NCBI GenBank assembly: GCA_963924565.1
Contig: OZ004612.1
Location: forward strand, 26,908,001-26,972,000
Length of the DNA: 64,000 nt
Direction: 5' to 3'
Source: Ascidiella aspersa
Lineage: Eukaryota
The position numbers and the translations under genes are program-made. The notes below the pieces were generated by a model. That model was not told where the DNA came from, searched no databases, and saw only the letters and a list, made by a program, of their open reading frames with translations. Of the stretch, positions 39,420 through 50,581 are shown in pieces; the stretch's first letter is position 1; each line of letters opens with the position of its first letter.

Positions 39420-42400
39420 ATGGACATTAACTCGGTAAATCAGTGGCAACATTCGGCCAACAACAGCAACAACAACAGTCACATCATCAGTGAAAGTCAA
39501 GCACATCGCGGCGCACAAAGCAACCCGGCCATCTTTTCGCAGAACGTGGGCTTTTCTAGGAGCTATACACGTCCCTTTCAACCTCCCGCCCATTTCAACA
39601 ACTCTAGCAGAAACCACGATTTTTGCACGTGGAACAACGCAGAATACAACCGGCAGCAGGCCAATTGTAGTCGGCAGTGGCAGAACAACAATGGCCAAAC
39701 CTTCGCCGACCAAACCCAACTAAACCAGCAGACAGGCTACAACGCCAACCAGCAGGTGATCCAGTACAACATCAACGTGGGCAACTTGTCCGACCCGCAA
39801 ACCCACGTGAACCAGTTGGTATGCTTACAAAAACAGCAGCAGCAACAACAACAACATGAACCGCACAGTACTACCCCACTGCAGCTCCAGCACAAAATGA
39901 TGAATGGCCAGCTTTATGAAGTCTACAATCAAAACCCGGTGTCTCTAAACACTCATCAGTTCGTCGGCGGTGTGCGGCACACTATAGCTGATGTACATCA
40001 TGGAACCCTCAGCACCCAGCCGTATTTTCGCAGCAACAACGCGGATTTGTCGCTGAAAAACCACCCGAAAAGTAACCAACACATGAAACCGGTTAAGTAT
40101 GGAAGCAATGTCTGTTATGAGGACAATAAACACATTAACTTGTCGTCCACGAAGCCCTCACCGGTTGTGAAAATCTGCGAACGACAATGTGCTTCTCATA
40201 GAGGGCAGCGTCATCGCTCGTTGCCATCAAATCAACAGCACAGTACTTTTCACTATCGAGCAGCGGTTCCAACACAATACCAACCATCACCCTATCAACA
40301 CGCAGCAATACCAACGCAGAATCAACAACTGCCATCTGCTTATTCAACGATAGCAACTCCGTTCGAACAGCAACCCCGACAGTATTCAACGATACCAACT
40401 CAAAGTCAGCAACTTCCATTGCAGTCTCCATTAAAGCAGCAGTTGTTTAGAGAGCTTCAACAAAAACAAAATCAACCGCGCTATACTCTACAGCAATCAC
40501 AACAAACTGAAGAAATCTCCCCCCAACAAAACCAACGATTCTCCCATACAAATCAACAGGAATCCTTTATAAACCAGCGAGTATCTCCCCAAGTTCCAAA
40601 TCCACCTCCACAATCATCCCCTCGACTTCAACAGGCACGACTTGGTGAGCAGTTGACACTTGTGTTGTCTTCCGGTAATTTATCTTAAGTGCTTAAAACT
40701 AAAAATAAATAGATATTCGACATTAACTATTATTTGCTTGATTAATCTGATGATGGCATAAGAAATTGCCGAAACGTTTGAAAATAAAGCATGTCGCTTT
40801 TAACGTCTATTTGGGCCGTTATTTTCACCATTAAACTTATATCCTATTTATTTGTTAAATTAAAAGTCACTATTTAAAAAAATATGACTTAAATTAATGA
40901 TATATTTTCTTCGATTAAAGGAAGGAATCCCGAAACTACATTTAAACTCTAACACAATTAAATGGATTTGCTAATACCCCTGCTCAGTTGGTAGAGCGAC
41001 GGTCCCGACTTGACCGGAGGTCGTGAGTTCGAACCTCACTGCAGGCTACTTGTTTTCCTAGCCTGCCCTGCTTGCATCATTGATCGACAGATTTGACGAA
41101 GAGTCTGCAATGGCTTTCGGTATACTATTGTTAATACATTGTAAGCATAACTGAACAATATCACGATATACCCTAAACTTTAAACAAATATTAGCGAATT
41201 TAAATTAAGGTCGTTAGGTTAAGGCGGTTTCCAGGTTAAGGCGGTTTCCAAGTTTTTGTGTGTTTGGGGGGATGGACTTTTGTGTTCAGAGCTCGGTACT
41301 GTTGTTTTCTTAACTTCATGTGTTACTCTTTCAGACAGCGACGTGCACAGCACAACAACACGTGCTGACTTTCCTCGCGATTTGACTCTAGACAACCTAA
41401 TAGAGGAAGTGGAAAACTTAAGCAAGCCACAAATAAATCCGAAGGACAAGTCTCAGCATCAGAAGAAGTCGCCGAACAACGAGAACTGCGACGACATCCA
41501 GAACGCCAGCTACATCGCGTTGCAAGGCAAGGTCGATTTGAACAGGTGCAATAGATTAACGTCGCATGAAGCCGCCGCAAAGACTGCAAGAAACAAAACG
41601 TTGCGACAGTCACATTCGCTGGATTTAGAGCCCCAAGACACGATCAACACAACTTTCATGCGATCATGCTCGACAAATACAACAAAGGAGCGAGGTTGCG
41701 ACGACCTCGTGCTGCCGCCAACCGTCTGTCGGTTCCTGGGAAACGACGTCAGACACGTGAGGTCACGCGATTACGTCATGTACTTGTTGTCAAACGACCC
41801 GCGGGTCGCCGAGGCCGCCATAGCTGCGCATCTCCAAGAACGCTTCAAGATGTTCGTGTGCGTCGAATTTCCGCCTAGGAGTCCTTTAAGCGACGGTAGA
41901 GAAACTAAGAAGGCTTTCTGCCTTGTAAAGAACGCGGGCGACGTTTCTTTTATCGTCAACTTGTACTCATGCACCAGTGTACGGATGGTGCTGGTAGTTC
42001 GTAGGATGAACCAGTCCGCCAAAAGAACAGTTCAAAATAATAGACCAATCCCTGAATTGGTTTTAACCACAACAGCAAGGGACAAACGCGAATCACCGAT
42101 TCCATCAGGTTATTTACTGCCCAGTTATTTCCCAGATCTACCAACTGAGCTAGCTATAAATGTCCAGGCGGTTCCAAACCAGGAAACGCCCCCAACACGC
42201 CCCTCGCCCACCAAAGAGCAGCTGAATAATTCCATAAATGAAATTAAAGCGGGGCAAACTGAACCACAAGCTCCGCAGAACTCGTCCATCGTCCACTTCC
42301 TGGGCAATGACTTCAGCGAAGTGAGGTCACGCGATTACGTCATGTACGCACTGTCAGACGACCCGCGCGTCGCTGAGGCCGCCATAGCTGCGCATCTCCA

Positions 42401-43859
42401 CGAAAGCACCAAGATGTTCGTGTGCGTCGAATTCCCGCCCAGGAGTCCGTGGAGCGCCGGCGCCCGTGAAGTACCGAAGAGCTACTTCCTTGTAAAGAAC
42501 GTTCGCGATGTCTTGCGTATCGTCAACTTCTACCCATGCACTAGTGTACGGACAGTGCTGGTCGTTTGTAGGATGAGCCAGAACACCGAGATAAAAGTAC
42601 AACAGACCAGGTCATTCCCTGAACTGGATTTAACAGACGAGGGCAAATCACCGATTCTGTCAGATCTTGTAAGGCACATCCCGGCCTCTGGTCCACCGGC
42701 TGAGCAAGTTACAAGCGTATCCGGGGATGCGCCCCACACAAGCCCCTCTTCCAGCAATCAACAAACCAAGAGTTCAGCCCGGGAAAACACATCACAACGA
42801 GTAAGCCAAAGTTCAAAGGTCGTCGTTTACAGCGCAGAACCGCCCCCTACATGCCCAGGTCCTGTTAATCAACAGCAAAGCAGTCCAAACCCTGAGGAAA
42901 TAAAACGACAAGATTCAAATGTGAATGTTTCAAGCGCAGAACAGCCCACTACTCGCCTCTCACCAACAAAATTGCCGCTAATTAACTCTATACAAGAAAC
43001 TACAGTGGAGCAAAGTGAAGACCAAGTTCACTTGTCCTCATCTGTCAATCAAACTCGGCCGCCATCTTGTTCTATTGAAAGCGAAGAAGAGAAGATGACG
43101 CGGATCCGCAAAGAGGTCGAGGCGCTGCTCAACGCTGGCAAACCGGATTTGCGGAAAGCGGCGGCGAAGCGATCGCGTGGCGACCACGAGCCTCCCACCC
43201 TGGACCGCTTCTGGCGAAAGTGGAAATCGCGCGAAATCGACGTCGACTCGAGAAGCACCATAAGTGACGTCACAATCCGGGACGAAACTCCGCCAACCGC
43301 AAAACTACAAGATTGTGTTCAGAAACGCGTCCTTTCCGCTCCAGCAAAAGAAAAAGCCCAGTCGAGTTCCCCCAAAATAAATGATGACGTCACATCTGAA
43401 CGCGATGACGTCAAGATCGAAAGCGTGATCATCAGGGTGGATCCCAATGATCTCGACTATGACCTTCACCGCTACCTCAATGACAATCCAGTTGACGTTA
43501 AATCTGGTCTTAATGACGTCATAGGCGGGCAAGATGACGCGGGAGCCGATCAAGATGACGTCACAGCAAGACGCGATGACGAAACTAAGCGGTTAAATCC
43601 CGAAATGGCCGCGCTCAATTACGGAAAATCAGCGAATCAAAGCAAAGACGCCGAAATTGTTAACTTACGGAAACGGAAAAGGGCGTCGATGAGAGCCGGT
43701 TCTTGCCGCGCGCCACGCCTCGACCTCGTCTACAGGAGCTACCTCGACTCGTTGCAGCCGTCGCCCATTGTTCCTCGACAATGCGTGCCTCGTGACGTAA
43801 CAATCATTCCATGCTCCGTTCGCATTTCCGACATTTTTTCGTTAAATAATATCGCTTAA
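39420..43859 (+). CDS. Paralog 3 of the same family, more divergent, with the central domain duplicated. Exons 39420-40674 + 41335-43859, ~1259 aa
   Basis: Similarity to paralogs 1 and 2. Phase-1 intron TCC G|gtaatt ... ctttcag|AC AGC GAC GTG. The track's N-terminal extension from 41256 is intronic. Confidence 0.85.
40743..40783 (+). ncRNA. Minimal hammerhead-like motif in the intron of paralog 3
   Basis: CUGAUGA-U-GGCA-loop-UGCC-GAAA-CGUU. Stem I is poorly paired, so it is probably inactive. Confidence 0.45.
40975..41125 (+). mobile_element. tRNA-derived SINE in the intron of paralog 3
   Basis: A-box-like GCTCAGTTGGT and B-box GAGTTCGAACC, with no complete cloverleaf. Homologous to 62297-62520 (-) and 34810-34950. 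Confidence 0.75.
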
Positions 43860-44679
43860 TTCGCCGCATTGTGCGCAAAAGATTTGTTGAAAAAATGTGT
43901 TTGTCTGGAGGTTGTTAAAAATTTTATTTAGATAGTTTAATCAAAAAGCTTTTTATTCACACTATAATAACAAAAATGACTACTGTAGGAACAGACATCT
44001 GGACAAGACCATTCTGTGACTATTGAAAAAGACAACGATACATTCTTCAGAAATTTGATGTCTATAATAACAGCGCCTGTATTGATCTTTGCGGTATTAA
44101 GCCTCAGGCAGTGGATAATTAGTAAATACGGCGTTTAGTGTTACTGGTCTAACTATTATTAACCTGACTAGCCCATGATAGAGGTTATCACGCGGGCTTA
44201 AGCCGTAATAAAACGAGTTATCCTAAGTTCGTATAAGTACAAAAACAATCAAATTCTGCCCTGTATAAATAGTTTTATAATTTGCTAAGCTGGCCAATTA
44301 ACTAATCTGGTAGCTTCCCTAAATGTACCAAAATACTAAAGATACAATAATATCAAATACAGTGACTTCGGTGCACAATCTACCCAGCAGAGACAGAAAG
44401 AAGATGAGTAGCCAGAGCAATTATATTAGTTCCCAAGTCGCTATCGCCATTATAACCCGTTCTCAAAAAGCCTATGGGCTGACCGTACTTTGCTTTTCAC
44501 CTATACTTATCAAACACGCTTACTGTAACTTCACCGTGCGTGCGGCATGTCCCGCTAAGGTTCGTGCAGTTAAAACGTGGCTTTGGGCATGTTGAATCAT
44601 TCATCGTTTACCAATAAGAGCTGCTGGGGGCTCTTAAGCTAGCTTAAAAAATGTCCTGTTATTTACATTCGAAAAATTG

Positions 44680-45690
44680 CAAAAAAGAGCTCCGCTTTTA
44701 GTAAGTCTGGTTGCGACAAAAACTTGATCGCGTACCTGCTGCATTTAAATAGTGTTTTCCACAGCGAGTCATAAGTGTTAAAAGCAAAAGCGACTGCCTT
44801 ACAATCAAGGCTGCGGAGTAGGACTAGGAACGACACCGCAGCCTTGCTTACAATATGCTGTTTTTGGCGACTGTAATAGCCGGTCTAATGACGCAGGGCT
44901 ACGGAGTCGGTAAAATATAACCTGTGAATAAACCTAAGTTTGACTCCCATCAAATGTGCGATGTTTTACGTCCCGCATAGGTCGTCAACAATATAGCAGG
45001 TGTATATACTATAATTATACAGCAATCCACTCATAGAGGTTGTACTTAAGTTTAACCCACAATACAGTGGCTGGAAAGTATGCCACAATACACAGTTGCA
45101 CCTTACAGTTTACAGTTTGCCGAAATGGTATCATGCGCACGTCGGACTCGAGACTCGATTAGTCTTACTCAAGTCCGACTCCGCATCCCTAACAGCAATA
45201 AAAAGGAAATCAAAGCAATTGATATTGAAAGATATCAGCAAGCAAATACGATTCCACCTTTATAATTCACACTTTGCTTATCAGTTTCGAAATTCGGTAC
45301 TGCGCATGCGCACGTCGTATTAGGGACTCGGGTGGTCTTATACTCTCGAGTCCCCAGTCCCAAATCTCGAGGCCTGACTCCGACTCCACAGCCCTTCCAG
45401 GAAGGAAAATGGAATCGAAGTGATATATTTTACACTTTAGCAGCAAGCGGATACGTTAAAATGAAATGTACAGAAATCAATCGTCCGTTTTAAAACCTTT
45501 AAACGGCGACGAATAGAAAGATGATTGAACACGCTTTAACGATGATAGACGTGGTACACGTAAAGATGCTTTATTGACAATGGGACGTAAACCTGCTGTT
45601 GAAAACACGTTTAAATTAACACCACGTCAAATTAATATTTGCTGTGGCACTTTGCTGTACTTTGCCTAATTTAAAACATTTAGCTTTTTG
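44680..45690 (-). pseudogene. Inverted orphan copy of the peptide-gene terminal (3'-UTR) exon and downstream flank
   Basis: 45255-45690 is the reverse complement of ~47830-48265, including the acceptor and AATAAA. 44680-45045 is the reverse complement of ~52830-53085. I found no coding exons attached. Confidence 0.7.
44806..44846. mobile_element. 41-bp micro-MITE of the CAGGGCTGCGGAGTCGG family
   Basis: CAAGGCTGCGG...CCGCAGCCTTG flanked by the 8-bp direct repeat CTTACAAT. Longer relatives at ~6527-6622, ~13254-13337 and ~48125-48397. Confidence 0.75.
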
Positions 45691-46527
45691 ATTCAATACT
45701 GAATTCCTGGCAATTACATGTTAAAGATATATATAGCTGTATATTATTTAAATAGCCCAATGCGTCACAAGACTAACTTACAAGAAAGTTAGTCACATCA
45801 CGGCATGGTATTTCCTTCTTTGCAAAAAGCTGCCAGACACGTTTAAGCGTCATTCAATATTCAAGTGTTTTAATAAACAGGAAATCAGCTAGTGAGAAGG
45901 GTGTAGGGACAAACTGCGATTTCAATTCAGTCTGCAGTTGTGTTTTTCCTGTGAACAGAATATTACTTAAATTAAGAATTTTCGAGAGATTGCCCAGTTC
46001 ATAATTTGACACAAATGATTTGACTTGACTTGAGTTTTATAAATAAATAACTGGTGTCTAAAGAAAGGTTTCCTTAAAACAAAAGTGTTTTTAAAAAAAT
46101 TTTGTTATAAAATTGACTTATTCGTCTCAACTTTGTACCAAAAACAATTTGCTTGCTGCACATTGCGTTTGGTTATTTTTAGTTAAGTAATTGTTCACAG
46201 TCGGACGAGTTTATCAGTTTTATTAGTTTAACGTTTTATTTCAATTCTTTTTATGTCAATGACTGGACTTTAAATAAACTTCTTTAATAATAAGTTGCCT
46301 GGGACTTGTTGTGTTTTGCACATGACTTGACTTGGACTAAATTCGTCTCAAAAGAAGTTGTATACAACGTTGGTCCTACCACATGCGTTATGCTAAAACG
46401 AGTTAAATACTATGATGACGTTGCTTGTATCTTTCAGTGATAAATCATAACTTCAAACAACCATCCGACTTTAAGCAAATTAAGCTCTTTCTGTTGACTT
46501 ACAACGTTATAAGTAGGCCACAGCGAA

Positions 46528-47514
46528 ATGAACAAGCTGTTTTTTGTTGCTGTTGTGTTTGCTGTACTCTTGATGCTGGTAGAAATAGCGATGTCTCAAA
46601 ATCGCGGGTGGGTAAGTTGGGCATTTACATAAAGATTGTAATCGCATTGCTTTATTTTGACCCTATGAACGGACATAAGGCTTACGTGATCGCGCTTCTT
46701 ATTGAAGAAAGTATAAAGATGCGAGAAAACAAGTATAAGGTTCACAAACACGGAATACACGCTAGAATTTTACTGGCGCTGCGATATCTTTATTTTGACT
46801 ACCCAATGTTTTCTCGGAACTCTTGGTACAAAGTTGACTTGGCTATGTTGCCTTATACCTTTATGTGATAAATTACCTCACCGTTTTCAAAAGGTTGCAA
46901 ATTACTATTAAAGTCAAAATGACATGACTTTGGCTAAAGCCATTTAAATTAACCCTGGCCCAAAGTACCGCACTTTAATCATTGCCCTCTCATAATGTAA
47001 ACAAAATTGTCTTACAAACTTTCAGCGGCCAATACGGTAAATTCAATAGACTCGGCGAACCAGTAGACGATGACGACAAAGGTTTCATGGTAAGTTAAAG
47101 CTAATGCGAATACTATTGGAGGCTATTGCTCTGCTTAATAAACTAGGTCTTAAGAGGCACATTTATGTAGTTCCTTGAAAATAAATTATCAAAACGTATT
47201 TATTCAGATATGTCGATTTACTAGACCTTTTGAATTTGCCGTTAATTTTCAAGCTACATTACATTATTGGTGCATACTGTACACATTTAAGACATCATTT
47301 TCATAATTATAACTGACGGATAAAGTTTATTGTATAACAATATACACGTGTTTTCTATCCGAATTTGACTTGTCTTTTGTACCACCTAAGCTGTTTAATG
47401 TTTTCTGCTATCGGGAATTACAAAACTCAATCTTTCAAAGGTTAAAAATTAAAACATTGCCGATTTTTACAGGCAAATCTTGGATTCGGAAATGATTTTA
47501 ATTTGGGAGATTAA
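46528..47514 (+). CDS. Small secreted prepropeptide, copy A (61 aa): MNKLFFVAVVFAVLLMLVEIAMS-QNRGGQYGKFNRLGEPVDDDDKGFMANLGFGNDFNLGD. Exons 46528-46607, 47026-47089, 47473-47514
   Basis: Hydrophobic signal peptide. Exon sizes and phases match copies B and C. The model needs the GTGGGT donor at 46608 rather than GTAAGT at 46612. 3'-UTR intron from 47538, last exon ~47932 with AATAAA at 47949. Confidence 0.7.
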
Positions 47515-49526
47515 TAATCATCAAACCATCAAACTGTGTAAGTCAAACTTCTGTTTTATTCACCTATAATTTCAACATATATGAATTTTGCTTAAATTGA
47601 ACTAACTCAACTCAATATTATGAGCTAAGTGATTAATCACGTGATGTGGCTTAAATGAAGTTTAGCATATTTGTAACACAAACTAAATAAAGTAGAAATG
47701 GAACGCCTAAAGTATTGTCAATTCTGCATGAATTTTGATAAGATAAGCAAAACTAATAGAAACAGTATTGAGTCATCTATATCTTTAGCATGTAACTAAA
47801 TCAATCAAACAAAAAAACAAATGTATTTTATCGAAAAGCTCAATGCTTTTGTTTAGGCAAAGCACAAGTGCCACAACCCATTAAAAGTCATATTTGTCGT
47901 GGTGTTAATTTAAACGTGTTTTCAACAGCAGGTTTACGTCCCATTGTCAATAAAGCATCTCTACGTCTACCGCGTCGTCGCTAAAGCGTGTTCAACCATA
48001 TTTTTCTACATCGCCGTTCAAAGGTTTTAAAACGGACGATTGATTTCTGTACATTTCATTTTAACGTATTCGCTTGCTGCTAAAGTGTAAAATATATCAC
48101 TTCGATTCCATTTTCCTTCCTGGAAGGGCTGTGGAGTCGGAGTCAGGCCTCGAGATTTGGGACTGGGGACTCGAGAGTATAAGACCACCCGAGTCCCTAA
48201 TACGACGTGCGCATGCGCAGTACCGAATTTCGAAACTGATGAGCAAAGTGTAAATTGTAAAGGTTGTATTGCCTATAGTGAAATATTTTCCAACCAGGAA
48301 ATTTGGTGATGAGCATATTTGCATCGGACTCCAGACTCGGGTAGTTTTACGCAGTATTACTAAAGTCCCAAGTACCGACTCCCAATCCGCAGCCCTGACT
48401 GTAAGGTAGCAGTTTTTGCATTTTATCACTTATGACTTGCTGTGTAAAACATAATTATTTAAATGTGATTGTTTTACGATCATGTTTGTTTCGCAGCCCA
48501 ACTTCCTAAAAGAGAAGCTATTCTCTATGTTTTGACTGTAAATAAAATCTCGACCTGGAAATATTTACGTTGAAATTTCGAGACAGTCTGAACGGTGATT
48601 ATTATCTTCCTTGTTATTATCACCAGTTCACAAAACTGAAGTAATGGCCAAATTAATTTCTTTGTTATCCTTGACATTATACCGTTGTACACGTATTAGG
48701 GCGAAATACTTTATAATCAAAATACTAAAGGAAACAATGATAGTAAATACAGTGACTGTTACATTTAATAATTGGATTAAATAACTAAACACATTCGAGT
48801 CACAAAGACATGAAATTTGTCTAAATGACTTAAGTTAGGCCAAGTAAGTTCATTTACAAGACTTATATCAAGTCAAGTCTTAAGAAAACAGTGGCTTAAG
48901 TGCACCATAAGTCAAGCTTTTGGCATACCCATTATAGCACTATTACCAAGCCATATTACGTAACAGGAGGCAATCAATGTTAAAGCAAATATAATTTAGT
49001 TTTATCCCAAAACACTTAATCCAGTTTTTGCTATACATTTTTCCTAATACCGATATAAAATAGATTTTCGAAACTATTAAGTAGCCTATACTCCTGTGAT
49101 TTTAGGGAACACCTTGAGGTCGGCGGTCCCATTAAAAATCATGATTTATGCTGCATAGCAGTCTATAGGCCTATAACACTGAAAGTTCGGCTTTCATAAT
49201 ATGACTGCCACATAAATAGTCGTTCACGTTTATCGTCTTGTGCGTGGTTCAGAAAACTTCAAATAGCCCAACGCGTCATTACAAGAAAGTGAGTAGCAGC
49301 ACGGAATGGTCGTTATTTCTTAGAAAAAAGTTGCCAGACACGTTTAAACATCGTTCATCATACAAGTTTCAAACAGGAAATCAGCTTGAATGAGTGTTGC
49401 TAGTGGAGGAATAAGGGTTAACAGCGATTTCAATGCAGTTGACAAGAAATGGGGTAGAGAAATGTCAAAAGGCTTAGGTAGAGAAATGTAAAAAGATGCC
49501 TTACCCAGTGCAGTCATGACTTAGAT

Positions 49527-50043
49527 CAGGGGTGTGCAACCTTTCACACTGCCGGGCCAAATATGTGTATTCGTATTAGACCACGGGCCACTTCCATATA
49601 TTTCGACTACCTGTTAGTGACTATCACGAAAAGAAAACCATTTCGTTTTTAGTTTACTGCGAATCAACGGAAAAGATTTTAAAATCATTTTTTTTAATTT
49701 TAAAGTTGGCTTGCTTTCCCAACCACGATATCCAGGTTTACTTGAATTAAGTTTTGGCAACCCGGAGTCCATTTTTAAAGTGTACATTAGTCAGTTCTGG
49801 CCGATGAGGGGATTTGATAAGCCCGAGTTCAGAAAAACTTTTTCACACACGTACATTGAACCGAACAATGCCATCTTTAAAGCGACAAAATTTCTCAACT
49901 GTGGAAACTTATTGAGATAACTTATTCTTTATTGAGACCAATTTTTATTATACTATTGTTATATGGACCACAGGTAGCTATTCAAAAGCATTTCAAGAAC
50001 AAAAAATTTGCAGCGCTTAGTGCAATCAGGTTGCACGCACCTG
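49527..50043 (+). mobile_element. hAT-like MITE upstream of peptide gene B
   Basis: CAGGGGTGTGCAACCT ... AGGTTGCACGCACCTG termini. Perfect TSD ACTTAGAT. Confidence 0.9.
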
Positions 50044-50581
50044 ACTTAGATCAATGACTTGAAATAAGTTCATTTAAAGACACCAATTTCAATGACTTGA
50101 ATCGATACAAATATTTGGACTAAAATGAATTGACTTGACCCAAGTCATTTTGACGACAACTATAGGTTTAAAATAAAATCTAATTATTTTTTTTGTATTT
50201 TTTTTTATGTTTTTTTTTTTTCTAATTATTTTTTTTGTAATATAATAGACTTGTTTGTCTCAAATGTTGTACGTAAAACAAAATTTAACTACGATTTGTC
50301 TGTTTTTTTAGCTCAGTTATTGCTTATATAGTCGGCCGCATTTATTACTTTTATTAGTTTACAAGAGGACTTCTTCAATAATGACTTGACTTGGACTAAA
50401 TTAATTTCAAAATAACTTGTGTACAACACTGATCCTATCACATGCGGTATGGTAAAACTAGTTAAATACTATGATAGCGCTGCTTGTGTACTTCAGTGAT
50501 AACTCATATTTTTAACCAAACATCCCATTTTAAGCTGGGTAAGCTCTTTTTATTGAGTTACAACGCAATAAGTACGTCGAA

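Noticed and set aside
40975-41050. tRNA gene
   Set aside because: It has A/B boxes but no proper acceptor or anticodon stems, and it continues into a body shared with other dispersed copies. It is a SINE head.
20203-43859. Six separate genes, as implied by the ORF track
   Set aside because: Each pair joins in frame through a conserved phase-1 GT-AG intron, giving three genes.
46425-46868. 147-aa Cys-rich ORF
   Set aside because: It overlaps the signal-peptide exon in another frame and runs through intron 1. It is not preserved in paralog B.
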